Assembly (NCBI GenBank): GCA_963718235.1
Contig: CAVQYR010000001.1
Location: forward strand, 736,001 to 800,000
DNA: 64,000 nucleotides
From: an uncultured Actinomycetota bacterium
GTDB lineage: Bacteria > Actinomycetota > Actinomycetes > JAHEKZ01
Reading direction: 5' to 3'
This document shows positions 20,874-31,453 of the stretch, one piece after another. Below the pieces are notes generated by a model, which saw nothing but the letters and a program-made list of their open reading frames with translations, had not been told where the DNA came from and did not search any database. A program made the position numbers and the translations under genes. Every line of letters begins with the position of its first letter. The stretch's first letter is position 1.

Positions 20874-20978
20874 CAGCCGCCATGAGTTCACTCCCTTCCC
20901 AACGACCGGTCGTACTCCCGCTGGACGGCCGCCGTGAGGTACTACTTCGAGCGGCTGCCCCTCACGCGGTGATGCCGG

Positions 20979-22757
20979 TCAGCTCTCGTCGCGCCAGGAG
21001 CGCCAGAGCTTCGCGTACGGACCGTTCGCGGCGACCAGCTGCTGGTGGCTGCCCGACTCGCTGATCAGACCGTCCTCGACCACGACGACCTGTTGGGAGT
21101 CGTGGGCTGTCGTGAGCCGGTGGGCGATGGCGATCACCGTGCGCCCCTCGAGCACCGCGGCCAGCGACTGCTCCAGGTGGCGTGCAGCGCGCGGGTCGAT
21201 CAGCGACGTGGCCTCGTCGAGCACGAGGGTGTGCGGGTCGGCCAGGACGAGCCGGGCCAGCGCGATCTGCTGCGCCTGGGACGGGGAGAGCTTGGTGCCG
21301 CCGGTGCCCACCTCGGTGTCCAGGCCGTGGGGCAGTGACGAGGCCCAGTCGGTCGCATCGACGGCCCCCAGTGCCTCCCACAGCTGCTCGTCGTCGGAGT
21401 CCGGCGCGGCGAGCAGCAGGTTCTCGCGCAGGCTCCCGACGAAGACGTGGTGCTCCTGGGTGACCAGCGCGACGTGGCGACGCACGGTCTCCGGGGGGAG
21501 CTCGGCGAGCTCGACCCCGCCCATCTCGATGGTGCCGGTCCTCGGCTTGTGCAGCCCGGCCAGCAGCCGTCCGAGGGTCGACTTCCCGGCCCCGGACGGA
21601 CCCACGATCGCGATCCGGGCCCCAGGACTGATGTCGAGGTCGACACCGTGCAGCACGTCGCGCCCCTCGCGGTACCCGTAGTGCACGTCGCGTGCCTCGA
21701 TGTCTGCCGTCGCTGGCTCGACGTCGCCCAGGGTCTCGGGGTCGGGCACGTACTGGACGCCGAGCAGCCGGGCCAGTGACGCCTGCCCCACCTGCAGCTC
21801 GTCGTACCACATGAGGATCAGGTCGACCGGCTCGATCAGCATCTGGGTGTACAGCACCGCAGTGGTGACCTGGGCGAGCGTCACGACATCTTGGGTGTAG
21901 AGCACGCCGCCGAGTGCCAGCACTGCGGCGATCGGCAGGACGTAGGCAGCCTCGACCGAGGGGAAGAAGACCGACCGCAGGCTGAGCGTGTAGCGCTCCC
22001 AGCTCAGCCAGCGGCCGATCGCCCGGTCGGCGCGGTCGATGCGCATCGGTCCGAGCCGGTACGCCTCGATCGTGCGTCCGGCGTCGACGGTCTCGGCGAT
22101 GCTGCCCTGCACCTTGGAGTACGCCTGCATCTCCGACCGGTAGCCGGCTGGTGCGCGGTGGAAGTACCAGCGCCCGACGATGACGATCGGCGGGATGGCG
22201 ACGATCCAGCCCAGGGCGAGGACCGCTGACGTCCAGATCATCGCGACGAAGATGGCGAGTGCGGTGACCAGCGCAATGGCGATCTCGGGCACGGCCAGTC
22301 GCACCGCCCACGACAGTCGGTCGACGTCGGTCGTGGTGCGGGTCACGAGATCGCCGGTGCCGGCGCGTTCGACGACGCCCGGGGGCAGCTGGATCACCCG
22401 AGCGACGAACGACTCGCGCAGGTCGGCCAGGATGCTCTCGCCGAGGATTGCCCCCCGCATCCGGGCCCAGCGGGTGAAGCCGGCCTGGACGAGGAGCGCC
22501 CCCAGGAAGATCAGGCACGCCTGGTCGATGGAGGTCGTGGTCACCCCGGTGCTGAGGGCACCGACCAGTCCCCCCAGGACCTGTGGGCCAACCAGAGACG
22601 CGACGGCGGCCACCGCGTTGAGGCTGACGAGCACGCCGAACCCGCGGCGGTGACGCAGCAGCAGCGTGCGGACGCCGGACCTGACCTGCGGCTGGGTGGC
22701 GGTGGGAAGGGAGCCGCCGTCCTGTTCGAGGGCGTCGAAGGGCTCGGGGGGCTTCAC
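20979..22757 (-). CDS. ABC exporter, fused TMD-NBD (heterodimer subunit, degenerate signature)
   Basis: GPSGAGKST, LSPSQAQQ, LVLDEATS, IAHRL; six TM segments. Confidence 0.92.
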   Translation of the reverse strand: MKPPEPFDALEQDGGSLPTATQPQVRSGVRTLLLRHRRGFGVLVSLNAVAAVASLVGPQVLGGLVGALSTGVTTTSIDQACLIFLGALLVQAGFTRWARMRGAILGESILADLRESFVARVIQLPPGVVERAGTGDLVTRTTTDVDRLSWAVRLAVPEIAIALVTALAIFVAMIWTSAVLALGWIVAIPPIVIVGRWYFHRAPAGYRSEMQAYSKVQGSIAETVDAGRTIEAYRLGPMRIDRADRAIGRWLSWERYTLSLRSVFFPSVEAAYVLPIAAVLALGGVLYTQDVVTLAQVTTAVLYTQMLIEPVDLILMWYDELQVGQASLARLLGVQYVPDPETLGDVEPATADIEARDVHYGYREGRDVLHGVDLDISPGARIAIVGPSGAGKSTLGRLLAGLHKPRTGTIEMGGVELAELPPETVRRHVALVTQEHHVFVGSLRENLLLAAPDSDDEQLWEALGAVDATDWASSLPHGLDTEVGTGGTKLSPSQAQQIALARLVLADPHTLVLDEATSLIDPRAARHLEQSLAAVLEGRTVIAIAHRLTTAHDSQQVVVVEDGLISESGSHQQLVAANGPYAKLWRSWRDES

Positions 22758-24454
22758 AGTCCACCCCCTCCCCGGACGACGACCTCGCGGTAGCGCGGCT
22801 CGTCGCGCAGCAGCTGGCGGTGCGTTCCCGTTGCCACGACCGTTCCGTCGAGCAGGAGCGCGACCCGGTCGGCGTGGTCGAGCAGCAGCGGGCTCGTGGT
22901 GAAGATCACCGTCGTGCGCCCGTCACGTGCGTGCCTGATCCGCTCACCGATCCGGGCCTCGGTGTGCGCGTCGACGGCGCTGGTCGGCTCGTCGAGCACG
23001 AGGATGTCGGGGTCGGCCACCAGGGACCTGGCCAGGGCGAGCCGCTGGCGCTGACCGCCTGACAGTGACCGACCGCGCTCGGGAAGGTCGGTCGCGAGCC
23101 CCTCGGGAAGCGCCTCCACGACGTCGACGGCCGAGGCGGCGTGCAGGGCGTCGTCAACGGTCACCCGGCCCTGGCCGGGAACGTCGAAGAGGCTGTCCGC
23201 CGCCCCCGACAAGATCATCGGGTCCTTGTCCTGCACCAGGATCCTTCGCCGGACCATCTCGGTCGGCAGGGTCGCGAGCGGGGTGCCGGCGAGGGTGACC
23301 TCACCCTCGCCGAACAGGCCAAGGCGTGCGGAGACCCGGTCCGCCTGGTCGGGGTCGTCGGCGACCACGGCGGTGACGAGCCCGGGTTCGACGACGAGCC
23401 CGCTGGTGGGGTCGACCAGTGCCCCTGCGGGTGGTTCGCGCACACCCTCCACCGCAGGGTCGATGAGCCGCTGCAGGCTCAGCACGGTGACGACCCGGGC
23501 GGCGGCGACCTTGGCGGCGGTCCACTTCTGGGCTGCCTCGGTCATCGTCCGCAGGGGAAGGACCAGGAAGGCCGTGTACCCGTAGAACGCGACCAGCTCG
23601 CCGACGGTGATGGTGCCCTCCGCGGCGAGGCGAGCCCCGATCCAGGTCACCGTCACGAGGTACAGGCCGGGCAGGAGGACCTGAAGGCCGTCCAGCGTGG
23701 ACTTCACCCGCGCGGTGTGCACCGACGCGTCGAGCACCGCCTGCGACGCGCGCTGGAAGCGGTCGAGGAACAGCTCCTCACCACCGATCCCGCGGATGAC
23801 CCGCAGCCCGGCCACGGTGTCTGCGGCGAGCTCGGTCGACCTTCCGAGCTTCTCCCGCTGGACCCGTTCGCGACGTTCGAGCGGCCGGACGAAGGGGCCG
23901 ATCGCCAACGCCAGCAAGGGTGCTCCGATGACGACCACCGCACCGAGGATGGGGTTGGCGTACAACAGCAGGACGGCGATCCCGATGAACGCGACGACCG
24001 CCCCGACGAAACGGGCTGCGACATCGAATGCATTGCCGATCCGGGCGGAGTCGTTCGCCGCTGCGGCCGCTGCCTCTCCAGTGGCGATCTGCGCCGACAG
24101 GTCGCCACCGAGGTAGGCGGCCTGACGCACGATCAGCTGCTGCACGCGCGAGGCAGCCGTCAGCCAGTTGGTGACGGCGTACCGGTGACGCATGACGCCG
24201 GCCAACGCCTGCAGCAGACCCAGGACCAGCACGACGGCCGACCACGTCCAGACCCCGGCCTCGTTCTGGTCGGTGACGGCCTGGATGCCCGCCCCGAGCG
24301 CACCGGGGATCAAGGCCTGGAACCCCATCCAGAGCACGCCCCAGCCCACGCTGACCAGCAGGATCCGGCGCTGGCCCCTCCCGATCCACACCATCAGGCG
24401 AGTTGCCGAGCGAAGATCCGGCGTTCCGGGGTCGGTCAGGGGGAGGTTGCGCAC
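22754..24454 (-). CDS. ABC exporter, fused TMD-NBD (heterodimer partner, degenerate Walker A)
   Basis: [24 protein letters not shown]; GTG start [10 protein letters not shown]. Confidence 0.9.
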   Translation of the reverse strand: MRNLPLTDPGTPDLRSATRLMVWIGRGQRRILLVSVGWGVLWMGFQALIPGALGAGIQAVTDQNEAGVWTWSAVVLVLGLLQALAGVMRHRYAVTNWLTAASRVQQLIVRQAAYLGGDLSAQIATGEAAAAAANDSARIGNAFDVAARFVGAVVAFIGIAVLLLYANPILGAVVVIGAPLLALAIGPFVRPLERRERVQREKLGRSTELAADTVAGLRVIRGIGGEELFLDRFQRASQAVLDASVHTARVKSTLDGLQVLLPGLYLVTVTWIGARLAAEGTITVGELVAFYGYTAFLVLPLRTMTEAAQKWTAAKVAAARVVTVLSLQRLIDPAVEGVREPPAGALVDPTSGLVVEPGLVTAVVADDPDQADRVSARLGLFGEGEVTLAGTPLATLPTEMVRRRILVQDKDPMILSGAADSLFDVPGQGRVTVDDALHAASAVDVVEALPEGLATDLPERGRSLSGGQRQRLALARSLVADPDILVLDEPTSAVDAHTEARIGERIRHARDGRTTVIFTTSPLLLDHADRVALLLDGTVVATGTHRQLLRDEPRYREVVVRGGGGL

Positions 24455-24536
24455 AACGGGCCACCGTACGTGGCCGTGGCCCCGTGGGGCCAGCGAGATT
24501 CGAGCCGCCGATAGACTCCGCGACCGTGAGGCCACG

Positions 24537-26111
24537 GTGAGCGAGCAGGCGTTCGACACGGTTCTCGTCGTCGACTTCGGAGCCCAGTACGCGCAGCTGA
24601 TCGCGCGACGCATCCGCGAGGCGCGGGTGTACAGCGAGATCGTGCCGCACACGATGCCTGTCGCTGAGATGCTGGCCAAGCAGCCGGCGGCGATCGTCTT
24701 GTCCGGCGGTCCGAGCAGCGTGTACGCCGACGGAGCCCCTCAGGTCGACGATGGGCTGTTTCACACCGACGTCCCGGTGTTCGGGATCTGCTACGGCTTC
24801 CAGGCGATGGCGCAGTCGTTGGGTGGCACCGTGGCGCACACGGGACTGAGCGAGTTCGGGGGCACCCGGGTGCAGGTCACCGACCTGGAGTCGACGCTGT
24901 TCCACGACCTGCCCCTGGAGCTGCAGGTCTGGATGAGCCACGGCGATGCGGTGACCGAGCCACCTGAGGGCTTCGCGGTCGTCGCGTCCAGCGAGGGAGC
25001 CCCCGTCGCCGCGTTCGAGTCGTTGTCGCGCGGGCTGGCCGGTGTCCAGTTCCACCCCGAGGTGCTGCACACCGAGCACGGTCAGAAGATCCTGGAACGC
25101 TTCCTGTTCGAGGTGGCCCGGTGCCGACCGAGCTGGACCATGAGCAACGTGATCGACGAGCAGGTGGAGGCCATCCGGGCCCAGGTCGGCGACCGTCGGG
25201 CCGTCTGCGGGCTGTCCGGAGGCGTCGACTCCGCAGTGGCAGCGGCGCTGGTCCAGCGCGCCATTGGCGACCAGCTCACCTGCGTGTTCGTCGACCACGG
25301 TCTGCTGCGCCTCGGCGAGGCCGAGCAGGTCGAGAAGGACTTCGTCGCCGCGACCGGGGTTCGGCTCAAGGTCGTCAACGCCCAGCAGCGGTTCCTCGAC
25401 GCACTCGCCGGAGTCACCGACCCCGAGGACAAGCGCAAGACGATCGGCCGGGAGTTCATCCGAGTGTTCGAGGACGCCGCGGCCGAGGTCGCGGCTGAGG
25501 CGGGGGCGCATGGCGAACAGGTCGACTTCCTCGTCCAGGGAACCCTGTACCCCGACGTGGTCGAGAGCGGCGGTGGCACCGGGACCGCGAACATCAAGAG
25601 CCACCACAACGTGGGCGGGCTCCCCGAGGACCTGCAGTTCGCCCTGGTCGAGCCGCTGCGCTCACTGTTCAAGGACGAGGTGCGGGCCGTCGGTGAGCAG
25701 CTCGACCTCCCGCCCGAGATCGTGTGGCGTCAGCCGTTCCCCGGTCCCGGGCTGGGCATCCGGATCATCGGCGAGGTCACCCGCGAGCGGCTGGACACCC
25801 TGCGCGCGGCGGACGCCATCGCCCGTGAGGAGCTGACCGCGGCCGGACTGGACCGCACGATCTGGCAGATGCCCGTCGTCCTGCTCGCCGATGTCCGCTC
25901 GGTGGGGGTGCAGGGTGACGGGCGCACCTACGGCCACCCGGTCGTGCTGCGACCGGTCACCAGCGAGGACGCGATGACCGCCGACTGGGCCAAGCTGCCC
26001 CACGACCTGCTCGCCCGCATCTCGACTCGGATCACCAACGAGGTCCGCGAGGTCAACCGGGTCGTCCTGGACGTGACGAGCAAGCCTCCCGGAACCATCG
26101 AGTGGGAGTAG
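24537..26111 (+). CDS. guaA: GMP synthase (glutamine-hydrolysing)
   Basis: [44 protein letters not shown]. Confidence 0.98.
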   Translation: MSEQAFDTVLVVDFGAQYAQLIARRIREARVYSEIVPHTMPVAEMLAKQPAAIVLSGGPSSVYADGAPQVDDGLFHTDVPVFGICYGFQAMAQSLGGTVAHTGLSEFGGTRVQVTDLESTLFHDLPLELQVWMSHGDAVTEPPEGFAVVASSEGAPVAAFESLSRGLAGVQFHPEVLHTEHGQKILERFLFEVARCRPSWTMSNVIDEQVEAIRAQVGDRRAVCGLSGGVDSAVAAALVQRAIGDQLTCVFVDHGLLRLGEAEQVEKDFVAATGVRLKVVNAQQRFLDALAGVTDPEDKRKTIGREFIRVFEDAAAEVAAEAGAHGEQVDFLVQGTLYPDVVESGGGTGTANIKSHHNVGGLPEDLQFALVEPLRSLFKDEVRAVGEQLDLPPEIVWRQPFPGPGLGIRIIGEVTRERLDTLRAADAIAREELTAAGLDRTIWQMPVVLLADVRSVGVQGDGRTYGHPVVLRPVTSEDAMTADWAKLPHDLLARISTRITNEVREVNRVVLDVTSKPPGTIEWE

Positions 26112-26129
26112 CTGCGCTCAGGAAGAGGG

Positions 26130-27650
26130 TCAGGTGACCCGCACGCTGTCCGCCCCCTTGGCGTAGCCGCGTCTGGAGCCGGTCACCTGGTACCTCCCCG
26201 ACGGCACAGCCCGACTGACCTTGAAGACCACCGTGCCCGACGCGCGAGTCTTCTTCGCGCTGCCCCGGAACACCACCTTGGCCCCGGGGACGGGGGCACC
26301 GGCGTCGGTCACCTTCACCGTGAGCCTGCCTGCCGAGAGGCTGGCTGGGGTCGCGCTGAGGGTGAGACCCGGTGGCACCCTCTGGTACCAGATCTGGGGG
26401 TCAGCAGTACCGATCTGGGCGTTGGCGAGCAGATGCAGGGACCCTCCGAGGCCCGTCCCACCCAAGGCCCACACGTTCGTGTAGGAGCCGCGCTTGCCGG
26501 GTGCCTTCAGCGTTCGCACGGCCCCGATCCTGGTGACCGAGGGGTCGGTGCGGGCGACCTTGACGGCCGGTGAGCCGCCACCGGTCCAGGCGAGCCACAA
26601 CCGACCGCCGAGCCCGGGTGTGAGCGTGATCCGGCGCACGTCCTTCGCCCGTACGGCGAAGCCCTGCTTGGATCCCACCCGCCACAGCCGGATCTTGTTC
26701 GCGGTCGGGTACCCCACCTTGTACGCGGCCCACACCTGTCCGCCCTTGCGCGACGCGACGGCGACGGCCTGTCCCGGATCGAGGGAGCTGCCCTTGACCG
26801 AGGAGCCCGGCCCCTGCCGCCAGCTGCTGATGGGGGTGGGGTAGACCCGTTGGGCGAGGACCCCGTTCTGGGCCTTGGTCGAGCTGTTGCTGTACCAGAC
26901 CGCCCAGATGTCGCCGGTCGCGGCGTCCCGGCCGAGGTTGCCGTTGTACGCGCAGCAGCCCAGGCCCTGCGTGGTGGTCCAGTCGCCGGAGGCGGCCGGC
27001 ATGCTGGGCGAGATGTCACGGTGCAAGGTCATGTACGACGTGCTGCTGGCGAACACCCCGATCACGGGCGTGCCCTGGTCGTCGACCGCTGCGGTGCCGT
27101 AGGACGCGTAGGCAGAACGCGTCTGGCTCAACGAACCGCTGCCGAGGCTCCAGGTCTTGCCGTCGTTGCTGGTGGAGTACGCCATCGCACCGTCGTACTT
27201 CTCACCGGGCGAGGTCGAGCGGAGTCCTGAGAACACGACCATGCGTTGCGCCCCGTAGTCGATGATCTTGGGATCGTCGATCAGGGTGTTCCACCCCGTG
27301 ACGACCGGCAGGACCGCCGTCGTCGGCCTACCACTGCCGGACACGAGTCGGCTGCGGATCGACACGCTCGAAGCGCCATCCTGCTGGTACCACAGGGCCT
27401 GCATGCCGGCGCCGGTCTGGAGGGCTGCGGGCTCGCTGAGCGAGGAGACGTTGCGGTCGGACAGTCGCGTCCAGGCACCGACCTTGACGACGGGCGCCGA
27501 GCGGTGCTGAGGCGGTGCGGTGTCGGCCTGGGCGGTGGTGGAAAGCCCGGCACCGAGCAGGCTCGCCACCGTGAGCGACACCGTGAGCGACACCGTGAGC
27601 GCCACCGTGAGCGCCACCGTGACGGGGGAGCAGGGGAGTCGACGGGTCAT
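26130..27650 (-). CDS. Secreted hypothetical protein, beta-rich, with Ig-like C-terminal domain
   Basis: Signal peptide ending AQA-D; BNR-like S.DGKTW; C-terminal VKVTDAGAPVPGAKV. Confidence 0.75.
   Translation of the reverse strand: MTRRLPCSPVTVALTVALTVSLTVSLTVASLLGAGLSTTAQADTAPPQHRSAPVVKVGAWTRLSDRNVSSLSEPAALQTGAGMQALWYQQDGASSVSIRSRLVSGSGRPTTAVLPVVTGWNTLIDDPKIIDYGAQRMVVFSGLRSTSPGEKYDGAMAYSTSNDGKTWSLGSGSLSQTRSAYASYGTAAVDDQGTPVIGVFASSTSYMTLHRDISPSMPAASGDWTTTQGLGCCAYNGNLGRDAATGDIWAVWYSNSSTKAQNGVLAQRVYPTPISSWRQGPGSSVKGSSLDPGQAVAVASRKGGQVWAAYKVGYPTANKIRLWRVGSKQGFAVRAKDVRRITLTPGLGGRLWLAWTGGGSPAVKVARTDPSVTRIGAVRTLKAPGKRGSYTNVWALGGTGLGGSLHLLANAQIGTADPQIWYQRVPPGLTLSATPASLSAGRLTVKVTDAGAPVPGAKVVFRGSAKKTRASGTVVFKVSRAVPSGRYQVTGSRRGYAKGADSVRVT
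27564..27622. repeat. 12-bp tandem repeat, five units, in signal peptide
   Basis: CG(C/A)CACCGTGAG x5 (last unit one base short) encoding TVAL/TVSL. Confidence 0.95.
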
Positions 27651-27732
27651 GCCTCGAACTATGGGACGCCCGGCGCCCGCAGGGAAGACTCGCCCGCGCC
27701 AGGCTTCGCGCGGCCAGCATCACCCAGTCGGC

Positions 27733-27750
27733 CTAGTCATACGTGACTAG
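27733..27750. promoter_or_regulatory. Inverted repeat, candidate operator between divergent genes
   Basis: CTAGTCA-TACG-TGACTAG. Confidence 0.45.
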
Positions 27751-27803
27751 TGCGCGACGATGCACTCATTGGTTCCGCTCCCCTTCCCAGAAGCGAGGAC
27801 CTG

Positions 27804-27983
27804 ATGGACTGGAAGCGCTTCGACTGGCCCGACGTGGCCGGTGAGCCCGATGCCGCGTGGTTCGGCTACCTCGCCGAGCACGGGTGGACGGTGAGTCCGG
27901 TGGCGACCTATGCCCGGGTGGGCAGCCGGGGGTACCTGCGGTACCTCGGGTGGCGCCCACGACAGCCGGTCGCCGTCGGTTGA
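27804..27983 (+). CDS. Small Trp-rich hypothetical protein (59 aa)
   Basis: GAGGA RBS, ATG, GC3-biased codons. Confidence 0.55.
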   Translation: MDWKRFDWPDVAGEPDAAWFGYLAEHGWTVSPVATYARVGSRGYLRYLGWRPRQPVAVG

Positions 27984-28036
27984 CCCCTTGATGCTCCCGG
28001 CACGCGTCGCGTGCCGGGAGCAGTCATGATCAGACG

Positions 28037-28939
28037 ATGCAGGGCTTCGCCGTCGTCAACCCGCGTAGTGGCCGGGGATCGGGTGACTCCATTCTGTCCG
28101 AGCTGGGGCGACGCGGCTTCGAGTCGCACCTGGTACGCCTCGAAGACGACATCCAGGCTCGGGTCACCTCGGCCATCGACGACGGCGCAGCCCTCATCGT
28201 CGTCGCGGGCGGAGACGGCACGGTGAGCGCGGTCGCCGACGTGACCGCGCCACGTCAGGTGCCACTGGTCGTGGTCCCCACGGGCACGCGCAACCACTTC
28301 GCGGTCGACCTGGGCCTCGACCCCTCGGACCCGGTGGCCTCACTCCGGGCCTGCCTGGACGGGGAGGAGCGCAACGTCGACGTCGGGGACGTCGACGGCG
28401 GCATCTTCTTGAACAACGTGTCGTTCGGCATCTACGCGCGCGCGGTCCGCGACCCCGACTACCGCAGCGGGCGCCTGACCACTCTGGGCGGCTACGCCCG
28501 GCGTGCCATGGCCGGCCATGGACACCGCGCGCTGGTGTCGACCAAGCTGCCGCACGACGTGTCCTCCGACGCGCGCGTGGGAGCGATCATCGTCTCGAAC
28601 AACGCGTACAACTTCTTCGCTGCGCCCGGTTCCCGGCTGCGGGCGAGGTTGGATGCCGGTGAGCTGTGGGTGTACCTGATGGGGCTGCCACGGTTCCGTC
28701 GTCCGTTCCCGCTGGTCCAGGCCCTGCAGGAGGTCTGGACGACCGGCAGCTTCACCCTGGGCGCCTGGGCCACCGACGAGCAGGTCGTGGCCTCCGACCG
28801 CCGGATTCCGGTGGCCGAGGACGGCGAGTACCGCCACGACCTGTCGTCGCCGTACCGGATGACCATCAAGCCCGGAGCGTTGAGGGTTCTGCTGCCCACA
28901 CGCCCGCCACGGCCGGTCTCGCTGTCGCTGCGCTGGTGA
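28037..28939 (+). CDS. Diacylglycerol kinase (YegS/DAGK_cat) family protein
   Basis: VNPRSG, AGGDGT, PTGTRNHFA, FLNNVSFG. Confidence 0.88.
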   Translation: MQGFAVVNPRSGRGSGDSILSELGRRGFESHLVRLEDDIQARVTSAIDDGAALIVVAGGDGTVSAVADVTAPRQVPLVVVPTGTRNHFAVDLGLDPSDPVASLRACLDGEERNVDVGDVDGGIFLNNVSFGIYARAVRDPDYRSGRLTTLGGYARRAMAGHGHRALVSTKLPHDVSSDARVGAIIVSNNAYNFFAAPGSRLRARLDAGELWVYLMGLPRFRRPFPLVQALQEVWTTGSFTLGAWATDEQVVASDRRIPVAEDGEYRHDLSSPYRMTIKPGALRVLLPTRPPRPVSLSLRW

Positions 28940-28957
28940 GCGCGAGATGATCCCAGC

Positions 28958-29770
28958 GTGACGAGTCCCGCCGAGCCGCGCGTCGTGATCGCCCAGGTGT
29001 CGGACATCCACCTGGGCCAGGACGAGCAGGCGGTGGCCGATGGGCTGCTGAGAGACGTCGTCGACCATGCCCCGACGGCGACGGTCGTCAGCGGCGACCT
29101 GACCATGCGCGCCCGGACCCATCAGTTCGAGGCGGCGCGCGACTACCTCGACCGGCTGCCGCAGCCGGTCATCGTCGTCCCGGGCAACCACGACATCCCG
29201 CTGTACGACGTCGTGGCGCGTCTGTCCGGGCCGTTCGACAAGTACCGCAAGCACATCAGCGCCGAGCTCGACCCCGTGCTGAGAGTGCCGGGGGCGACCA
29301 TCCTCGGGCTGAACTCCATGCCCCGATGGCGCTGGAAGGCGGGGCACGTGAGCGATCGGCAGGGTGAGCTCGTCGAGCAGGTGCTGGGCCAGGCGCCGGT
29401 CGGCGACGTCCGGGTCCTGGTGTCCCACCACCCGGTGCTGCCGAAGGACCTGTCCGGCCTGGTCAACCGGACCGACCTGGTGGCGGCCGCGGCCCGGGCC
29501 GAGGTCGACCTGCTCCTGGCCGGTCATACCCACGACCCACTGGTCGCTCCGGTCATCCTGCGCGGACGCAAGGGCGAGGCCGACCGCGAGGCGCTGGCCG
29601 TCGTGGCCGGGACCGCGATCTCTGAACGGCGCCGGGGGGCCAACAACTCCTACCCGGTCATCACCGTGACCCCACAGACGATCAGCGTCGACGTCCGGCA
29701 GTGGAACGGGGCGGGGTTCGTCACCTCCCTGCACGCCGCTTTCGACCGACAGGTGGAGCAGCGGCCGTGA
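28958..29770 (+). CDS. Metallophosphoesterase (Icc/CpdA-like)
   Basis: SDIH, SGDLT, PGNHD, SHHP, AGHTH. Confidence 0.9.
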   Translation: MTSPAEPRVVIAQVSDIHLGQDEQAVADGLLRDVVDHAPTATVVSGDLTMRARTHQFEAARDYLDRLPQPVIVVPGNHDIPLYDVVARLSGPFDKYRKHISAELDPVLRVPGATILGLNSMPRWRWKAGHVSDRQGELVEQVLGQAPVGDVRVLVSHHPVLPKDLSGLVNRTDLVAAAARAEVDLLLAGHTHDPLVAPVILRGRKGEADREALAVVAGTAISERRRGANNSYPVITVTPQTISVDVRQWNGAGFVTSLHAAFDRQVEQRP

Positions 29771-30219
29771 GACCCGTCGAGGTCACCCGGGTCGCCGCCT
29801 ACGGCCTGGTCGTCGACGGGGGTCGGCTCCTCCTGGCCCGGCTGTCCGACGTGACCGAGCTGCCCGGCCACTGGACGCTGCCCGGTGGGGGGATCGACCA
29901 CGGGGAGCACCCCCGCGACGCGGTGGTCCGCGAGCTGTACGAGGAGACCGGGCTGCGTGGACGGCCCACGGCTCTCCTCGGCGTCGACTCCTTCCAACGG
30001 ACTCGCTCGCTCGGCGACGACGAGGTGGAGAGCTACCACGCGATCCGGATGCTGTACCGGGTCGAGGTCGAGCAGACCGGTCCGCTGCAGGTCGTCGACG
30101 TGGGCGGCAGCACCGACGACGTCGCCTGGGTCGCGCTCGACGACCTGCCGGGGCTGCCTCTGACGCCGGTGGCGCGCTGGGCGCTCACCCTCCAGGCCAG
30201 CGAGGGAGCCCCCGCCTGA
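29767..30219 (+). CDS. NUDIX hydrolase
   Basis: WTLPGGGIDHGEHPRDAVVRELYEETG Nudix box. Confidence 0.9.
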   Translation: MRPVEVTRVAAYGLVVDGGRLLLARLSDVTELPGHWTLPGGGIDHGEHPRDAVVRELYEETGLRGRPTALLGVDSFQRTRSLGDDEVESYHAIRMLYRVEVEQTGPLQVVDVGGSTDDVAWVALDDLPGLPLTPVARWALTLQASEGAPA

Positions 30220-30250
30220 CCCGGGTCGGTGGCTCCTCTAGGGTCGCCGC

Positions 30251-30604
30251 ATGGAGTTCCTGGAACACGTACTCGTCTTCTTGCACCTCGTGGGCCTGGC
30301 CGCCGTCCTGGGCGGATTCCTGGTCCAGATCAAGTCGCCGGAGCGCACCATCCTGCCGGTGCAGTGGCACGGGATCCTGACCCAGGTGGTCACTGGTGTC
30401 CTGCTCGCCGGCCTGGTTCCGCAGATCGACGAGGTCGAGGGCGCCTTCTACGCGAAGATCACGACGAAGCTCGTGCTGGCGCTGGTCGCACTCGTCCTGA
30501 TCGCGGCCAACCGGAAGCGGCCCACCATCACCGCCGGTGTGTGGGCGGCGATCGGCGGCATCGAACTGGTCAACATCGCGATCGCCCTGTTCTGGACGTT
30601 GTAG
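30251..30604 (+). CDS. Small integral membrane protein (4 TM)
   Basis: LHLVG, QVVTG, KITTKLVLAL, NIAIALFW; TAGGGT-N6-ATG. Confidence 0.8.
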   Translation: MEFLEHVLVFLHLVGLAAVLGGFLVQIKSPERTILPVQWHGILTQVVTGVLLAGLVPQIDEVEGAFYAKITTKLVLALVALVLIAANRKRPTITAGVWAAIGGIELVNIAIALFWTL

Positions 30605-30613
30605 CCAGCCGCG

Positions 30614-31333
30614 TCACGCGGTCGCTACCACCCGGAAGGCCTCGGCCAGCCGGCCCTCCGGCCAACCCGCCGCGGCGGCGTTGCGCACCAGCCAGCCCCT
30701 GATGAAGTCGGGCAGCTCGTCCATGTGGGCGGTCTGCGACTCGTGCGCCCGCAGGGCGGCGATCTTGGTGTCGAACTGGTCGGTGACGTCGACGAACTGG
30801 GTGGGCTGGGCGCCGGCCATCAGCCAGACCTCGGGCACGGTCCAGGCGTCGAGCCCCTCGTCGCGCAGCAGCGAGACGTGGGCGAACGGGTTGCGGGCGT
30901 CGGGGTAGACCGCCTGGATGGCCGCCTCGCCGGCCGCCAGGTGGTCCGGATGCGAGGCCTGGATCCGATCCCAGTTGCGTTCCGGGCTCTGGGTGAGCAG
31001 CCGCTGCGGGCGGACCTGACGGATCACTCGGCTGATGTCGCGGCGCAGGTCGTGGGTCACGGTCAGCTCGCCGTCCCGGTAGCCGAGGAACCGCACATCG
31101 GTGACGCCGCACAGCCGGGCCGCCTCGGTCTGCTCGGCCCGGCGGATGGTCGGGATCTCCGAGCGGGGGACGGCCGGGTCGAAGCCCCCGGCGTCACCGT
31201 CGGTGACGATGCAGTAAGAGACGTCGATTCCGGCCGCCGTCCAGCCGGCAATCGTGCCCGCCGCCCCGAAATCGACGTCGTCGGGGTGTGCGGTCACGAT
31301 CAGGATCCGTTCGACCTCGCTGTCGTCGAGCAC
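30614..31333 (-). CDS. PIG-L family deacetylase
   Basis: AHPDD, TDGDAG, RRAEQ, HPDH, HESQ, AEAF; RBS GGAGG. Confidence 0.9.
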   Translation of the reverse strand: MLDDSEVERILIVTAHPDDVDFGAAGTIAGWTAAGIDVSYCIVTDGDAGGFDPAVPRSEIPTIRRAEQTEAARLCGVTDVRFLGYRDGELTVTHDLRRDISRVIRQVRPQRLLTQSPERNWDRIQASHPDHLAAGEAAIQAVYPDARNPFAHVSLLRDEGLDAWTVPEVWLMAGAQPTQFVDVTDQFDTKIAALRAHESQTAHMDELPDFIRGWLVRNAAAAGWPEGRLAEAFRVVATA

Positions 31334-31453
31334 GGTGCCTCCTTCGGTGGGTGCGGGATTAGGCCGAACGGGTGACGGGCCGGGTGAGCCATGGTAGGCA
31401 GGGCCTTCAGAGCCCCCCGACGAAGGCCGATGAGCCCCCATATGCGCGACGTG

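Noticed and set aside
20979-24454. Degenerate ABC motifs (LSPSQ; missing Walker A)
   Set aside because: Expected asymmetry of heterodimeric ABC exporters.
27564-27622. Possible CRISPR array
   Set aside because: 12-bp contiguous units with no spacers, in frame within a CDS, and no cas genes.
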